Shown here: positions 1-10,312 of the stretch, piece after piece
Layout of the letters: the number at the start of each line of letters is the position of its first letter
How positions within the stretch are numbered: the first letter of the stretch is position 1
Virus record (IMG/VR): IMGVR_UViG_3300017649_000004
Direction: 5' to 3' (one strand)
DNA length: 64,000 nucleotides
Source of the DNA: a virus
Lineage: Duplodnaviria > Heunggongvirae > Uroviricota > Caudoviricetes
Made by a program: the position numbers and the translations under genes
The notes under the pieces: model-generated
Databases searched by the model: none
The model's input: the letters and a program-made list of their open reading frames with translations, nothing else
Told to the model about the DNA's origin: nothing

Positions 1-51
1 AAATGGCGTGTTAGAAGGTAAGTAAGCATTTACTTCCCTACGAGGTCAATT

Positions 52-720
52 ATGGGCGCGAAGGTCTATCTCTGTTCCTTTGATCCGGACTCGACCGATC
101 AGGACGACCCTTCCAACACGCAGCTGCTGGAACTGGACGAGTTCTCGCCGCTGGGAACGGCTCAACTCGACTTTGGTGCCAGCCCTGAGACCCACGACTG
201 CGAGATCGTGAATCTTGGTCCCGATCCGATCTGGTGGACTGTCCGCGGCGAAGAGATTGCCGATGTCACGCCGCAGATGATGCGCGGCCGCACCCGTATT
301 CTCCTGCCGGGCGAGCGCTACGCGCAGCCGGGCAAGTATGAGAACAGCCACTTCTATTTTGCGCATGAGAACCCGCGCGCCTCGACGCTGTTCCGCCATC
401 AGCCGATCAGCATTGAGGGCGACTTCCGCGTCTACGTCACCTGGTCGGGCACCGACTATGAGTGGAACGTGATCTTCCCGCAGGTCCACGCGGTCAACGC
501 GACCATCTCCTCGAGCTTCTTTGCCCTGGCGCCGGACGCTGAAGAGCCGGATGTGTGGGATATTGCCGAGCTTCCGGCCGTCACCGACTTTGCCGAAGGC
601 ACGCAGGCATGGGCCGAGCTCACCGTTTCCGATGGCGAGTTCACCAAGACCTTCAAGTCGGAAGTCTACGTCCTGCCGGCGCTGCCCGAAGGCGGTCCTG
701 AACAGGGTGGTGACGAGTGA
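52..720 (+). CDS. hypothetical protein, possibly a tail-associated structural protein
   Basis: 222-aa ORF preceded by a hairpin motif at 17-38 and immediately upstream of the tail fiber genes. No recognisable catalytic motif. Confidence 0.5.
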   Translation: MGAKVYLCSFDPDSTDQDDPSNTQLLELDEFSPLGTAQLDFGASPETHDCEIVNLGPDPIWWTVRGEEIADVTPQMMRGRTRILLPGERYAQPGKYENSHFYFAHENPRASTLFRHQPISIEGDFRVYVTWSGTDYEWNVIFPQVHAVNATISSSFFALAPDAEEPDVWDIAELPAVTDFAEGTQAWAELTVSDGEFTKTFKSEVYVLPALPEGGPEQGGDE

Positions 721-1067
721 GCTATTCCCAGTATCTACAGGGAAAGGCGATCCAGACCGGCTGTGACTGGCGGCTGAAAATCACGATCAATTCGGCCGCT
801 CTGGAGGAGTTTCCCTCTAACGCCCATTTCCTCGCGCACATTCGCGATCACGCAGATGGTCCTTTGAAGGCCGCTCTCTCCACTGAGGACGGCACCATCA
901 CGCGTATGAACTCCAAGACCATCGAGCTGATCATTCCCGCCACCGTCAGCGCCAGCTGGCAGGCGGGCACTGTCGTAATGGACGTGCTGCGCGTCGATAC
1001 CAGCACCCCGATCCACCTGGGATTTGACCTCGAAGTCCCGGTCAAGCGCACAATTACGAGACCCTAA
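717..1067 (+). CDS. hypothetical protein
   Basis: 116-aa ORF. ATGA overlap with the upstream gene, and its TAATG stop overlaps the tail fiber start. Confidence 0.45.
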   Translation: MSYSQYLQGKAIQTGCDWRLKITINSAALEEFPSNAHFLAHIRDHADGPLKAALSTEDGTITRMNSKTIELIIPATVSASWQAGTVVMDVLRVDTSTPIHLGFDLEVPVKRTITRP

Positions 1068-4000
1068 TGTCCGAAGAAGTAGTCCTTAATTTCGCCGACG
1101 ACATCAAGGTTGTGCAGCGTCACAACAAGGACGTGCATCTGGTGCTTTCGAAGGAAGGCACGCAAGGTGTCCCGGGCCTCAAAGGTGACAAGGGTGATAA
1201 AGGCGACCCTGGCGACAGCGCCTATACGGTTGCCGTGCAGAATGGCTTCAGCGGAACTGTTTCGCAGTGGCTGGACTCGCTCAATGGCAGGCCGGTCGAG
1301 ATGCGCCGCAATGGCACCGACGTTGAGTGGCGCATTCAGGGAGACAGCACCTGGGCTGCTCTGTTCCCGCTCAACGATGTGAAGGGTGACAAGGGCGACA
1401 AGGGCGACAAGGGTGATCAGGGTGACAGCGCCTACACGGTCGCTGTTCAGAACGGCTTTGTCGGCACTGTGTCGGCCTGGCTTGCGTCCCTTCACGGCAA
1501 GCCGATCGAGGTCCGGCGCAACGGCGCAAACATCGAATGGCGCATTCAGGGTGAGACGACCTGGACCGTCATGGTGCCGCTTGCGGACATCAAGGGCGAC
1601 AAGGGCGATAAGGGCGACACTGGCGCGACCCTCGAGATGCGTGACAATGGCACCTATCTCCAGTGGCGTCCGGTTGGCGCCACGACGTGGAACAACCTCG
1701 TTTCCAAGGCTGACATCAAGGGCCAGGACGCCAAGGAGCTCGAACTTCAGAAGACGACCACGCACATTCAGTGGCGGCGCGTTGGTGACGTCTGGAACAA
1801 CCTCGTCGAACTCATCGAGCTGAAGGGCGAGGACGCCGAGGAAATCGAAATTCGTCGCAGCGGCGACTACTTGCAATGGCGCCGCGGAACCGGTGCCTGG
1901 ACAAACTTTGTCGAACTGACCGACATCAAGGGCGATCCGGGCGAAGAAATCGAAATCCGCAAGACCTCTACGCACATTCAGTGGCGCCTCGGCGAAGGCG
2001 CCTGGCAGAATGTCGTTGCAATCACCGACCTTGTTGGCCCGACCGGCAACAACGCATGGACGCCGGTCATTGCGTTGCTTTCGCATGGCGAGAGCCGCGT
2101 GCAGCAGATCATCGATTGGATCGGCGGCTCGGGCGCAAAGCCGGCAACCGGCATGTATCTCGGTCCGACCGGCTACGTCACCGACATCAACGATGCGACC
2201 GACGTTCGCGGCACAGCCGGCGCTGGCTCGGGCGACATGGAAATGTTGACCTATGACCCGGATGAAGACGGTATCGTTGAGCGCGCCGATGTTGCTGACA
2301 GCGTTGCCTGGGAGGGCGTCACCGACAAGCCGTCGGCCTTCCCGCCGACCGCGCACGAACATTCGGCCAGCGAAATCAACTCGGGCACGCTCAATGCTGC
2401 TCGTATTCCGGACCTGGCAATCTCGAAGATCACCAACCTTCAGTCCGAACTCAACGGCAAGGTGAATGCTTCGCAGCTCGGCGTTCCGGGCGGCGTGGCA
2501 ACCCTCGATGAGCTGGGCAAGGTTCCCGCCGCGCAGCTTCCGAGCTACGTCGATGACGTTCTGGAAGTGGAAGACTATGAGAGCTTGCCGACGACCGGCG
2601 AGAGCGGCAAGATCTACGTGCTCGTCACGCCCTACACCTCGGGCGGTGTGACGTCCTCGCAGTTCCGCTGGACCGGCTCGAGCTATGCGCCGATCGTTGC
2701 GTCGCCTGGCTCGACCGACGCTGTGCCGGAAGGTCCGAACAACCTCTATTTTACCTATGGACGTGTTCGCTCGACGGCCCTGTCCGGCCTCTCGACCGCG
2801 ACGAACGCCGCGATTGCGGCAGGCGACACGGTTCTGAGCGCCTTTGGCAAGCTTCAGGCCCAGATCACCGCAGCCGTTAACGCGATCGCCGGCAAGGCGG
2901 ACGCTTCGCACACCCACGCAAATGCCACGACCTCGGCCCATGGCTTCATGTCGTCGACCGACAAGAGCAAGCTCGACGGGATCGAAGCAAACGCTGACGT
3001 GACTGACGCGCAGAATGTGGGCTCGTCTATTCACGGATCGACGGCCAAGACGACCCCTGTCGATGCTGATACTGTTGCGCTGATCGATAGCGCGGCCTCG
3101 AACGCCCTGAAGAAGCTGTCCTGGTCGAACATCAAGGCGACGCTCAAGACCCACTTTGACACGCTCTACGCTGGAAAGGCACACTCGCACGCCTTCGCCG
3201 ACATCACCGGCAAGCCGACGACGCTTGCTGGATACGGCATCACGGATGCGCTGGCCGGTGAGACGCACACGCACCCGATGTCGGACGTGAGCGGCCTCGA
3301 GGATGCACTTGCCGCCAAGGCACCGCTTGCCTCGCCGGCGTTCACCGGCAACCCGACTGCCCCCACTCAGTCGGCCGGCAACAATACGACCCGTATCGCA
3401 ACGACGGCGTTCGTGCAGACGGCCATTTCGAGCAAGGCCAATACCGCGTCTCCGGCTCTGACCGGCACGCCGACTGCTCCGACCGCCGCCGCCGGCACCA
3501 ATACGACGCAGATTGCAACTACGGCGTTCGTTCAGACGGAAATTGCCGGCAAGGCAAACACCTCGCACACTCATGCAATCGGCGATGTGACCGGTCTTCA
3601 GGATGCGCTGAAGGGCAGTTTCACTGATACGGCGGTTCCGACCATCACTGACCTCGATGCGTTGCGCGGCAAGGGCATCAAGTTCTTCGCCTTCGCCGAC
3701 ACTGCGACGGGCGCACCGACCGGCTTTGGTTCGAGCTATGACGCGCTTGGTCTGAGCTGGGCGTCGAACGGCCAATGCACGCAGATCACCAATATGGGTC
3801 ACACCGGCCTTGTCTGGCGTATCGACGATGCCTCGGCAAGCTCCACGGCGACCTGGACTGAATGGGCGCGCATCCTCGACTCGCTCAACTTCAGCGAGTT
3901 CGCGATGCCGATCGGGGGCACCACTGGCACCCTCACGATGAAGCGTCAGGGTAACGACGAGCTGCCGCCTCTCGTTGTCGAGAACACCAACTACGCGACG

Positions 4001-5023
4001 CGCGCCGTCATGGAGTTCAAGACGACCGGCTCGTATCCGGTTTTCATCGGTCAGGGCGATCAGGGCTATTTCGCGATCGGCAATAGCTGGGACATTCGTG
4101 ACTCTGCCAATGCTACGTTCCGCGTCCAGGCCCATACCGGCAATGTCAACACGAAGGGCACCCTGAAGGTTGACGGCAAGGCGACGTTCGCGGCCGCAAC
4201 CTCGGCTGGTGCCGGCATCAACATCGGTCAGGCCGCGCTCAACCCGAGCACGCTCGCGGACGGTGACATGTGGATCAATGGCAGCGCGCTCTATGTCCGC
4301 TGCAACGGCACGAACCGTGTTCTCGGCGCTACCGGCAATCTGTCGACCGTCTCGCAGGCGGAAGCAGAAGCAGGCACGGCAACTACGACCCGCGCCTGGA
4401 CGGCTCAGCGTGTTGCCCAGGCCATCGCAGCTCAGGCCGCTGCCAAGACACATACCCACGCGATTTCGGACATCACGAACCTCCAGACGGCGCTTGACCA
4501 GAAGGTAACTAACGACGACGCGGTGATCAAAGGTGTCCTCACGGTGAGGGAGGCCACCACCGGGGGTATTGGCGCTATTGAGCTTGGCGGTCAGTCCGGC
4601 GCGAACACGCCCTACATCGACTTCCACTGCGGCGCGACCGCCATCGACTACGACGTCCGGATCGTTGCGAGCAACGGTAACGGCACCAATGGTGGCGGCG
4701 TCCTGAACATCTCTGCGACCAGCGTGACCGCTAGCGGAAACCTTGGTGCCTATTCCGATGCTCGTCTCAAGACGAATGTTGAAACGATCGAGGACGGCCT
4801 CAGTCTCGTCTCGCAGATGCGCGGTGTCCGCTACACCCGAGATGGCAAGCGTCAGGTTGGTGTCATCGCTCAGGAAATGCAGAAGGTGCTGCCTGAAGTC
4901 GTCATTGAGGCTGACGACGAGATGAAGACCCTTGCAGTCACCTACGGCAACATCGTCGGCGTCCTGATCGAAGCGATTAAGGAGCTGAAGGCTGAGGTCG
5001 ACGAGATGAAGAGGGCAGCGTAA
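1067..5023 (+). CDS. tail fiber protein with collagen-like GDKGDKGD triplets, tandem N-terminal repeat modules, fiber repeats and a C-terminal peptidase S74 intramolecular chaperone domain
   Basis: 1318 aa. Three copies of a ~50-aa module (...SAYTVAVQNGF.GTVS.WL.SL.G.P.E.RRNG...EWRIQG..TW) flanked by (KGD)n collagen-like runs. Five or more 'L/IQWRR...W.N.V...DIKG' repeats. Duplicated 'TTRIATTAFVQT' tail-fiber repeat. C-terminus 'SDARLKTNVETIEDGLSLVSQMRGVRYTRDGKRQVGVIAQEMQKVLPEVV' matches the S74 self-cleaving chaperone (S-D-x-R-x-K motif). Confidence 0.85.
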   Translation: MSEEVVLNFADDIKVVQRHNKDVHLVLSKEGTQGVPGLKGDKGDKGDPGDSAYTVAVQNGFSGTVSQWLDSLNGRPVEMRRNGTDVEWRIQGDSTWAALFPLNDVKGDKGDKGDKGDQGDSAYTVAVQNGFVGTVSAWLASLHGKPIEVRRNGANIEWRIQGETTWTVMVPLADIKGDKGDKGDTGATLEMRDNGTYLQWRPVGATTWNNLVSKADIKGQDAKELELQKTTTHIQWRRVGDVWNNLVELIELKGEDAEEIEIRRSGDYLQWRRGTGAWTNFVELTDIKGDPGEEIEIRKTSTHIQWRLGEGAWQNVVAITDLVGPTGNNAWTPVIALLSHGESRVQQIIDWIGGSGAKPATGMYLGPTGYVTDINDATDVRGTAGAGSGDMEMLTYDPDEDGIVERADVADSVAWEGVTDKPSAFPPTAHEHSASEINSGTLNAARIPDLAISKITNLQSELNGKVNASQLGVPGGVATLDELGKVPAAQLPSYVDDVLEVEDYESLPTTGESGKIYVLVTPYTSGGVTSSQFRWTGSSYAPIVASPGSTDAVPEGPNNLYFTYGRVRSTALSGLSTATNAAIAAGDTVLSAFGKLQAQITAAVNAIAGKADASHTHANATTSAHGFMSSTDKSKLDGIEANADVTDAQNVGSSIHGSTAKTTPVDADTVALIDSAASNALKKLSWSNIKATLKTHFDTLYAGKAHSHAFADITGKPTTLAGYGITDALAGETHTHPMSDVSGLEDALAAKAPLASPAFTGNPTAPTQSAGNNTTRIATTAFVQTAISSKANTASPALTGTPTAPTAAAGTNTTQIATTAFVQTEIAGKANTSHTHAIGDVTGLQDALKGSFTDTAVPTITDLDALRGKGIKFFAFADTATGAPTGFGSSYDALGLSWASNGQCTQITNMGHTGLVWRIDDASASSTATWTEWARILDSLNFSEFAMPIGGTTGTLTMKRQGNDELPPLVVENTNYATRAVMEFKTTGSYPVFIGQGDQGYFAIGNSWDIRDSANATFRVQAHTGNVNTKGTLKVDGKATFAAATSAGAGINIGQAALNPSTLADGDMWINGSALYVRCNGTNRVLGATGNLSTVSQAEAEAGTATTTRAWTAQRVAQAIAAQAAAKTHTHAISDITNLQTALDQKVTNDDAVIKGVLTVREATTGGIGAIELGGQSGANTPYIDFHCGATAIDYDVRIVASNGNGTNGGGVLNISATSVTASGNLGAYSDARLKTNVETIEDGLSLVSQMRGVRYTRDGKRQVGVIAQEMQKVLPEVVIEADDEMKTLAVTYGNIVGVLIEAIKELKAEVDEMKRAA

Positions 5024-6093
5024 TGGCACTTCCCACTTCCGGCACCATTACGGCCGCAATGATCAATACGGAGCTGGGGCGAGCGGCCAACGCGGCGTTC
5101 AACCTGAACGATTCCGCAGTCCGCGCTCTGGCTGGGCGTCCGTCGGGCGCGATCAGTTTCTCGGATTTCTACGGCAAAGCCGCTGAGACGGTCCTCTACG
5201 CGCCGTCTAACTCGTTCGCCACCAACATCGCGGACATCTTCAATAACGCAGAGGCCGGTCTGTGGGCGTCGACCACGAAAAAGAAACGATTGATCGTCAA
5301 CCAAGCGGTCGGGCCTCTCGTCATCAACAGCGCCTTTGGTGCTGGGCTCACCATCGAGGTTACGTCGGCGGGTAGCATCAACGGTTTCGGCGGCGCAGCA
5401 AACAGCGGTGTCGGCGGAAACGCACTCAACATCACCACCGCGACAGGCATCACCCTCATCAACAACGGTGTCATCCGAGGCGGTGGCGGCGGCGGCGGTA
5501 AAGGCGGCAACGGGGGAACGGGAACGTTCAATATCTCGGAGCGGGTGCCGCCGTCAGGGGACTACCCCTACGGAACCGCGGCAGGCCAGGCTATGTGGAC
5601 TGTGCTATCGTCCTCGGAGCTCCGTTGGGATGGGGCACTTCTGGCGGGGTCGTTTGGCACTGGTGTGACGCAGATTACGGTCGGCGAGTGGACCTACCAC
5701 CGTAGCACTCTCGTTGCGACGCTACCCCCCGGCACCCTCCCGAACCAACCGTTTCCTGCCTTCAGATACGCCGTCTTTCGCACCCGCACTATCACCACGA
5801 CCTCGTCCGGAGGGGCTGGAGGCAACGGCGGTCGCGGCCAAGGCTGGGACGGCGCAGCAGCAGCCGGTGCAAACGGTGCGGCAGGCGGCACGAACGCTGG
5901 TGCGGGCGGCAAGGGCGGCAACGGCGGTGCCTATGGTAACGCAGGTGCTACCGGCGCGACCGGCGCATCGGGCAACGCTGGCGCTGGCGCGGCAGGCACG
6001 GCCGGTGGTGCCGCTGGTAAGGCAATCAACGGCTACAACCGTGTGTCCTACTCGGGATCGGGTAGTTTGCTCGGCGGAACTGCCAACACGTAA
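5023..6093 (+). CDS. glycine-rich fiber or tip protein
   Basis: 356 aa. The C-terminal third is a Gly/Ala/Asn-rich tract (GGAGGNGGRGQGWDGAAAAGANGAAGGTNAGAGGKGGNGG...). TAATG overlap with the tail fiber gene. Confidence 0.55.
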   Translation: MALPTSGTITAAMINTELGRAANAAFNLNDSAVRALAGRPSGAISFSDFYGKAAETVLYAPSNSFATNIADIFNNAEAGLWASTTKKKRLIVNQAVGPLVINSAFGAGLTIEVTSAGSINGFGGAANSGVGGNALNITTATGITLINNGVIRGGGGGGGKGGNGGTGTFNISERVPPSGDYPYGTAAGQAMWTVLSSSELRWDGALLAGSFGTGVTQITVGEWTYHRSTLVATLPPGTLPNQPFPAFRYAVFRTRTITTTSSGGAGGNGGRGQGWDGAAAAGANGAAGGTNAGAGGKGGNGGAYGNAGATGATGASGNAGAGAAGTAGGAAGKAINGYNRVSYSGSGSLLGGTANT

Positions 6094-6095
6094 TA

Positions 6096-6119
6096 ATAAG
6101 TAAGTCAGCACTTACTTCC
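6096..6119 (+). promoter_or_regulatory. intergenic GTAAGT hairpin element (hairpin-only class)
   Basis: AAGTAAGT-cagc-ACTTACTT, 60 nt upstream of the phoH start. Confidence 0.45.
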
Positions 6120-6179
6120 TTTCGGCATTTCGGGTAGATTGGGTCCAAGTGAATACCCCTCCCTTCCGGAGTTCCCGAA

Positions 6180-6932
6180 ATGCCCAAGCCCTCCAAGTCC
6201 CTCGCCCGTCAGAAGCGCCGCGAGAAGCGTGCGCTCGCCGCTGAGAAGCGCCAGATTCTTGACCAGTTCCAGAGGGACCAGGCTCCCTTCGCCCCTCGCA
6301 AGGCAAGAGTCGAACCTGTCCGGCCGCTGACGGCCGCGCAGCGTGCCTATGACGCAGCAATCCATACCGCCGATGTCGTCTTCGGCATTGGTCCGGCCGG
6401 CACCGGCAAGACCTGGTTTGCCGCCATGCGAGCTGCTGAGGCGCTCGACATGAAGGAGATCAAGAAGATCATCGTCACGCGCCCCGCCGTTGAAGCCGGC
6501 GAGTCCCTCGGCTATCTGCCGGGCGAGCTCGAGGAGAAATACGAGCCCTACTTCCGGCCCGTGCGCGATGCCTTCGAGGAGTATTTTGGCCGGGGCTACG
6601 CGGAGTATCTGATCAAGGAAGGCAAGATCGAAGCTCGTCCGCTGGCCCTTCTGCGCGGCGCGACCATCAAGGACGCCTGGCTGATCGCCGACGAAATGCA
6701 GAATGCGACCGAAGGGCAGTTCAAGATGCTCCTGTCGCGCATTGGTGAGAATGCAAAGTTCATCCTCAATGGCGATCCGAAGCAAAGCGACCTGCCGGCG
6801 GGCAAGTCTGGCCTCATCACCGTGCAGAAGAAGCTGGAGCATATCGACGGCATTCAGACCGTCCGGTTTGGTCGTGGTGACATTGTGCGCTCTGGCATCT
6901 GCCAGGCGATCGTTGAAGCGTTTGAGGGATAA
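6180..6932 (+). CDS. phoH: PhoH-like ATPase
   Basis: Walker A 'GPAGTGKTWFAAMRAAEAL' and overall PhoH-family organisation. This is a common phage auxiliary gene. Confidence 0.85.
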   Translation: MPKPSKSLARQKRREKRALAAEKRQILDQFQRDQAPFAPRKARVEPVRPLTAAQRAYDAAIHTADVVFGIGPAGTGKTWFAAMRAAEALDMKEIKKIIVTRPAVEAGESLGYLPGELEEKYEPYFRPVRDAFEEYFGRGYAEYLIKEGKIEARPLALLRGATIKDAWLIADEMQNATEGQFKMLLSRIGENAKFILNGDPKQSDLPAGKSGLITVQKKLEHIDGIQTVRFGRGDIVRSGICQAIVEAFEG

Positions 6933-6987
6933 AGAGCGCACTCCGATGTGCGCTCGTTATATGTTCGCTATCAACGAAAGTTAGCGC

Positions 6988-7719
6988 ATGACCAGCATCA
7001 TCACCGCATTCTCTACTGCTTTGGAGGCTGAGCGAACCGACACCCTGGAGAACGACTACTACTGCCAGTTCTTGGATCGGGAGATCGTCGACAGGGAGCT
7101 CGGCCTCTTCACTTCGAAATGGTTCGACTACCGGCACATGACGCCGCTTCAGGCCACCGGTGCCTATGTGGAGGCCTACAACAAGGTCTTCCGTGACATT
7201 TACGCCCGCGAGTTCGACTATGAACGGGCGCAATATATCGTCGCGCTCAATTTCGAGAGAATGCTGGCTGCGCTCCGGTTCAAGAACGACATGAAGCAGC
7301 GCCGCTACTTCGTCGGGTGCTGGCGTGGCCGGCAGATCGCAGACTATCTGTGTATGCCCTACGAGGTCTATGTGGAGCTCGCCTTCACGTTCCGGATGCG
7401 GCACTGGAAGCAGAATTTCATGCCGCAGCCCTATCACCTCTATCGCGAAGAGGATGTCGAGAAGATCATCGCTCGCTGGGAAGAGCTGAAGGAAACCCGG
7501 ATCTACACGGCTGAGCACTCCGCATACCTCGTCCAGAACTACGAGGGTGCGCGCCACCAGGACGACTACCACGAGTGGCTGTTTGTCCAGGCCGAGAAGC
7601 GCCAGGCAACGGCCGAGCACCTTGCGGATTTCATCAGGAACGACCAGCTCCCTTACGAGAAGGTTCGCTCGCGCGTCGATCCCGACTTGTTTGAGCAGGT
7701 CGACTACTTCCTGCAATAA
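6988..7719 (+). CDS. hypothetical protein
   Basis: 243-aa ORF with coding-like composition. Followed by a palindromic terminator. Confidence 0.55.
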   Translation: MTSIITAFSTALEAERTDTLENDYYCQFLDREIVDRELGLFTSKWFDYRHMTPLQATGAYVEAYNKVFRDIYAREFDYERAQYIVALNFERMLAALRFKNDMKQRRYFVGCWRGRQIADYLCMPYEVYVELAFTFRMRHWKQNFMPQPYHLYREEDVEKIIARWEELKETRIYTAEHSAYLVQNYEGARHQDDYHEWLFVQAEKRQATAEHLADFIRNDQLPYEKVRSRVDPDLFEQVDYFLQ

Positions 7720-7793
7720 CCCAAGCGAGAGCGCGCTATACGTCATAGCGCGCATTTTTCGCGTCTTATAGTGTAAGTAAGCGCATACTTAGG
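7720..7793 (+). promoter_or_regulatory. promoter-like CCCA-N10-CGCTATA box plus GTAAGTAAG-loop-ACTTA hairpin
   Basis: CCCAAG, then 10 nt, then GCGCGCTATA (also the terminator arm). CTTATA plus GTAAGTAAGCGCATACTTAGG ends 8 nt before the ATG at 7801. Confidence 0.45.
7731..7759 (+). terminator. rho-independent terminator
   Basis: Perfect palindrome GCGCGCTAT-acgtc-ATAGCGCGC followed by ATTTTTC, 12 nt after the stop of the 6988-7719 gene. Confidence 0.6.
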
Positions 7794-7800
7794 AAACGTC

Positions 7801-9123
7801 ATGTCTGAGACGGAAGCGCAATTCGAGTTCGACCCTGCATTTCAGCGCAAAATCGCTTCGCTGTTCCTGCGGGACTCGCAATTCGCGATCAAAACCAAAG
7901 ATCTGATCAAGCCGGAGTATTTCACCGAGCAGGCTGTCGGCACGATGGTTCGCGTCGTGCAGAACCACCTTCAGGTCTACAAGACGATCCCGGATCTGCG
8001 CATTCTGCCGACCGTCCTCAAGGACGAGATCACGGCCAAGCGTATTCGCACCGACCAGATCGGCGAGGTTCGCGACTTCATCAAGGAAGCCGTGTCGGCC
8101 GACCTGTCGAACCCCGATTATGTGGTCGACAAGGTGGTCACCTTCGCAAAGCGTCAGGCGATCGAGCAGGCAATGATCGAGTCCCTGCCGCTCCTCGACA
8201 AAGGTCAGTTCGACAAGATCGCCGAGATTATGAAGAAGGCGACCTCTGTCGGGCTCCTGGTCGACGATGAGGACTACGACTACTGGGCGGAAATCGAGAA
8301 CCGAACCAAGGAGCGTAAGGACTACGACGACGGCAAGGTCGTGCGCGACGGCATCACGACCGGATATTCGGGCATCGATGCGCACCTCTACCACCTCGGA
8401 TGGGGTCGCAAGGAGCTTTCGTGCATCATGGGCGCTGCGAAGGCCGGTAAGTCGATGTCCCTTGGTGACTTCGGCCGCAATGCCTCGCTCGCCGGCTACA
8501 ATGTCCTCTACATCACGCTCGAAGTCGGCAAGAAGATCATCGCCGATCGTCTCGACGCGGCAAACGCCGACACGCTCATGCGTGAGCTTATCAAGGATCA
8601 CGCGGCGGTCGATCGCGCGATCAAGGCGCTGGCAGCCAAGAACACTGGCCGCTTTCACATTCGCGAGTTCGCGTCCGGCACCTTCAAGCCGTCGGCGCTC
8701 AACCGGCTGATCGAAAGCTATCGCGCCAAGGGCATCATCTTCGACCTGATCATTGTCGACTACGCCGACATCATGGCCGCGGAGTATCGCTCGGACTCGC
8801 TCCAGGAGAACCTGCGCACGATCTACGTGGACCTTCGCGCGCTCGCCTTCGAGCACAATGTCGCGATGCTGACTGCCACGCAGACGAACCGTGAAGGCGC
8901 AAAGGCCGCGACGGCCAAGGCAACCGACGTCGGCGATGACTGGAACAAGGCACGCACGGTCGACATCCTCATCGGCATCAATGCGACTGAGGCTGAGAAG
9001 AAGGCCAATGAGGCGCGTCTGACCTGGCTGCTGTCGCGTAACACCGAAGATGGCTTCTCCCTGCGCATCAAGCAGGATCGCCAAAAGATGAAGTTTTTGA
9101 CCAAAATCCTGGGCAAAGTCTGA
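7801..9123 (+). CDS. DnaB-family replicative DNA helicase
   Basis: RecA-like C-terminal domain: Walker A 'GAAKAGKSMSLG', 'IIVDYADIM', and 'LTATQTNREGAKAA' (DnaB/T7 gp4-like motifs). Confidence 0.75.
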   Translation: MSETEAQFEFDPAFQRKIASLFLRDSQFAIKTKDLIKPEYFTEQAVGTMVRVVQNHLQVYKTIPDLRILPTVLKDEITAKRIRTDQIGEVRDFIKEAVSADLSNPDYVVDKVVTFAKRQAIEQAMIESLPLLDKGQFDKIAEIMKKATSVGLLVDDEDYDYWAEIENRTKERKDYDDGKVVRDGITTGYSGIDAHLYHLGWGRKELSCIMGAAKAGKSMSLGDFGRNASLAGYNVLYITLEVGKKIIADRLDAANADTLMRELIKDHAAVDRAIKALAAKNTGRFHIREFASGTFKPSALNRLIESYRAKGIIFDLIIVDYADIMAAEYRSDSLQENLRTIYVDLRALAFEHNVAMLTATQTNREGAKAATAKATDVGDDWNKARTVDILIGINATEAEKKANEARLTWLLSRNTEDGFSLRIKQDRQKMKFLTKILGKV

Positions 9124-10232
9124 TGGCTCGCATCACGTTCGAACAGGTTGAGGAAGAGCTTGATCTGGAGTTCTTCCTCGAGCGGGAGTCCGTCTCGTTC
9201 AAGGTCACGCGCGGCGTCAACGGCGTGCAGCTGAACATTCGCACCTGCCCGTTCTGTCACGACGCTCGCTGGCGCACTTATTTCGGCGTCGATACCGGCC
9301 GCGGAAACTGCTTCGTGTGCTCGCGCGGCTTCAACAAGGCGAGCTTCATCCACGCCTACTATGACCACCAGAGCTGGCGCGATACGTGGGTCGAGATTGA
9401 AGCGATCCTGCGCGATCAAGGCTGGCGGCCGAAGCGAAAGGCTGTCGTTGCCGTCGATCATGGTGACATTCAGCTTCCGGTATCCGATCCCCTGCCCCTC
9501 GAGGACGGTTCGAACCTCGCCTATCTCGAGCAGCGCGGCTTTTCGGGCGAGATCGCCGAGTATTTCAAGCTGCGCTGGTGTCAGTTCGGCTGGTGGCGCT
9601 ACCGGGACGAGGAAGGCAACTGGCAGAACCAGAATTTCGCCGATCGCATCATCATCCCCGTCTATGACCTCGATGGAACGCTCAAGACGTTCCAGGGCAG
9701 AGACATCACCGGCACCAGCAAGTCGAAATACCTTTTCCCGAAGGAGCTGCCCGGCACTGGCCGCTACCTGTTCAACGGTCAGAACGTCATTGCGACGGAT
9801 CACGTTGTGATGGGTGAAGGTGCGTTCGACGTTGCAGCGATCAAGGTGGCGTTCGATGAGGACGCACAGCTGCGGCACGTCGTGCCGATTGGATCGTTTG
9901 GCAAGCATCTGTCTTACGGCTCGACGCAAGGCGACGACCAGCTTGGCCGGTTCGTCCAGCTAAAGGCGCGCGGGGTCAAGTTCGTCACGCTCATGTGGGA
10001 CGGCGAGGAAAAGGCGCTGGTGGCCGCGCTCGATGCAGCAAAGCTTCTGGCCGGCATTGGCCTGACGGCGCGGATCGCGCTGCTGCCCTACGAGAAAGAC
10101 CCCAATGAAGTCACCCCGGGCGTTGTGCGTGCGGCCTTCTACAAGGCTGAGCCGTGGAGCTCTGCGCTCGATCTGAAATGGCGGATGCGTAACCCCTACA
10201 GCGAGCGGGAACGCGCGCGTCTCGGGTTGTAA
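9123..10232 (+). CDS. DNA primase (zinc ribbon plus TOPRIM)
   Basis: Zinc ribbon 'CPFCHDARW...GNCFVCSRGF'. TOPRIM-like 'VVMGEGAFDVAAI'. Translationally coupled to the helicase (TGATG). Confidence 0.75.
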   Translation: MARITFEQVEEELDLEFFLERESVSFKVTRGVNGVQLNIRTCPFCHDARWRTYFGVDTGRGNCFVCSRGFNKASFIHAYYDHQSWRDTWVEIEAILRDQGWRPKRKAVVAVDHGDIQLPVSDPLPLEDGSNLAYLEQRGFSGEIAEYFKLRWCQFGWWRYRDEEGNWQNQNFADRIIIPVYDLDGTLKTFQGRDITGTSKSKYLFPKELPGTGRYLFNGQNVIATDHVVMGEGAFDVAAIKVAFDEDAQLRHVVPIGSFGKHLSYGSTQGDDQLGRFVQLKARGVKFVTLMWDGEEKALVAALDAAKLLAGIGLTARIALLPYEKDPNEVTPGVVRAAFYKAEPWSSALDLKWRMRNPYSERERARLGL

Positions 10233-10312
10233 GTAAGAATTAACTTAATCCACGCGCTTCCAATGCGCGTCTCGCTATAACTGAAGCAAGTGCAGAGCTG
10301 AGGATCAACTAA

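Noticed and set aside
1064-5029. 1321-aa ORF on the minus strand mirroring the tail fiber gene
   Set aside because: High-GC antisense artefact. Its sequence is low-complexity and Arg/Gly/Ala-rich with no motifs, whereas the + strand ORF has clear tail fiber domains.
6105-9084. Minus-strand ORFs 6105-6941, 6817-7755, 7789-9084 and 8823-9929 opposite phoH, the helicase and the primase
   Set aside because: They overlap + strand genes that have clear catalytic motifs, and their own translations are featureless. This is typical high-GC shadow ORFs.
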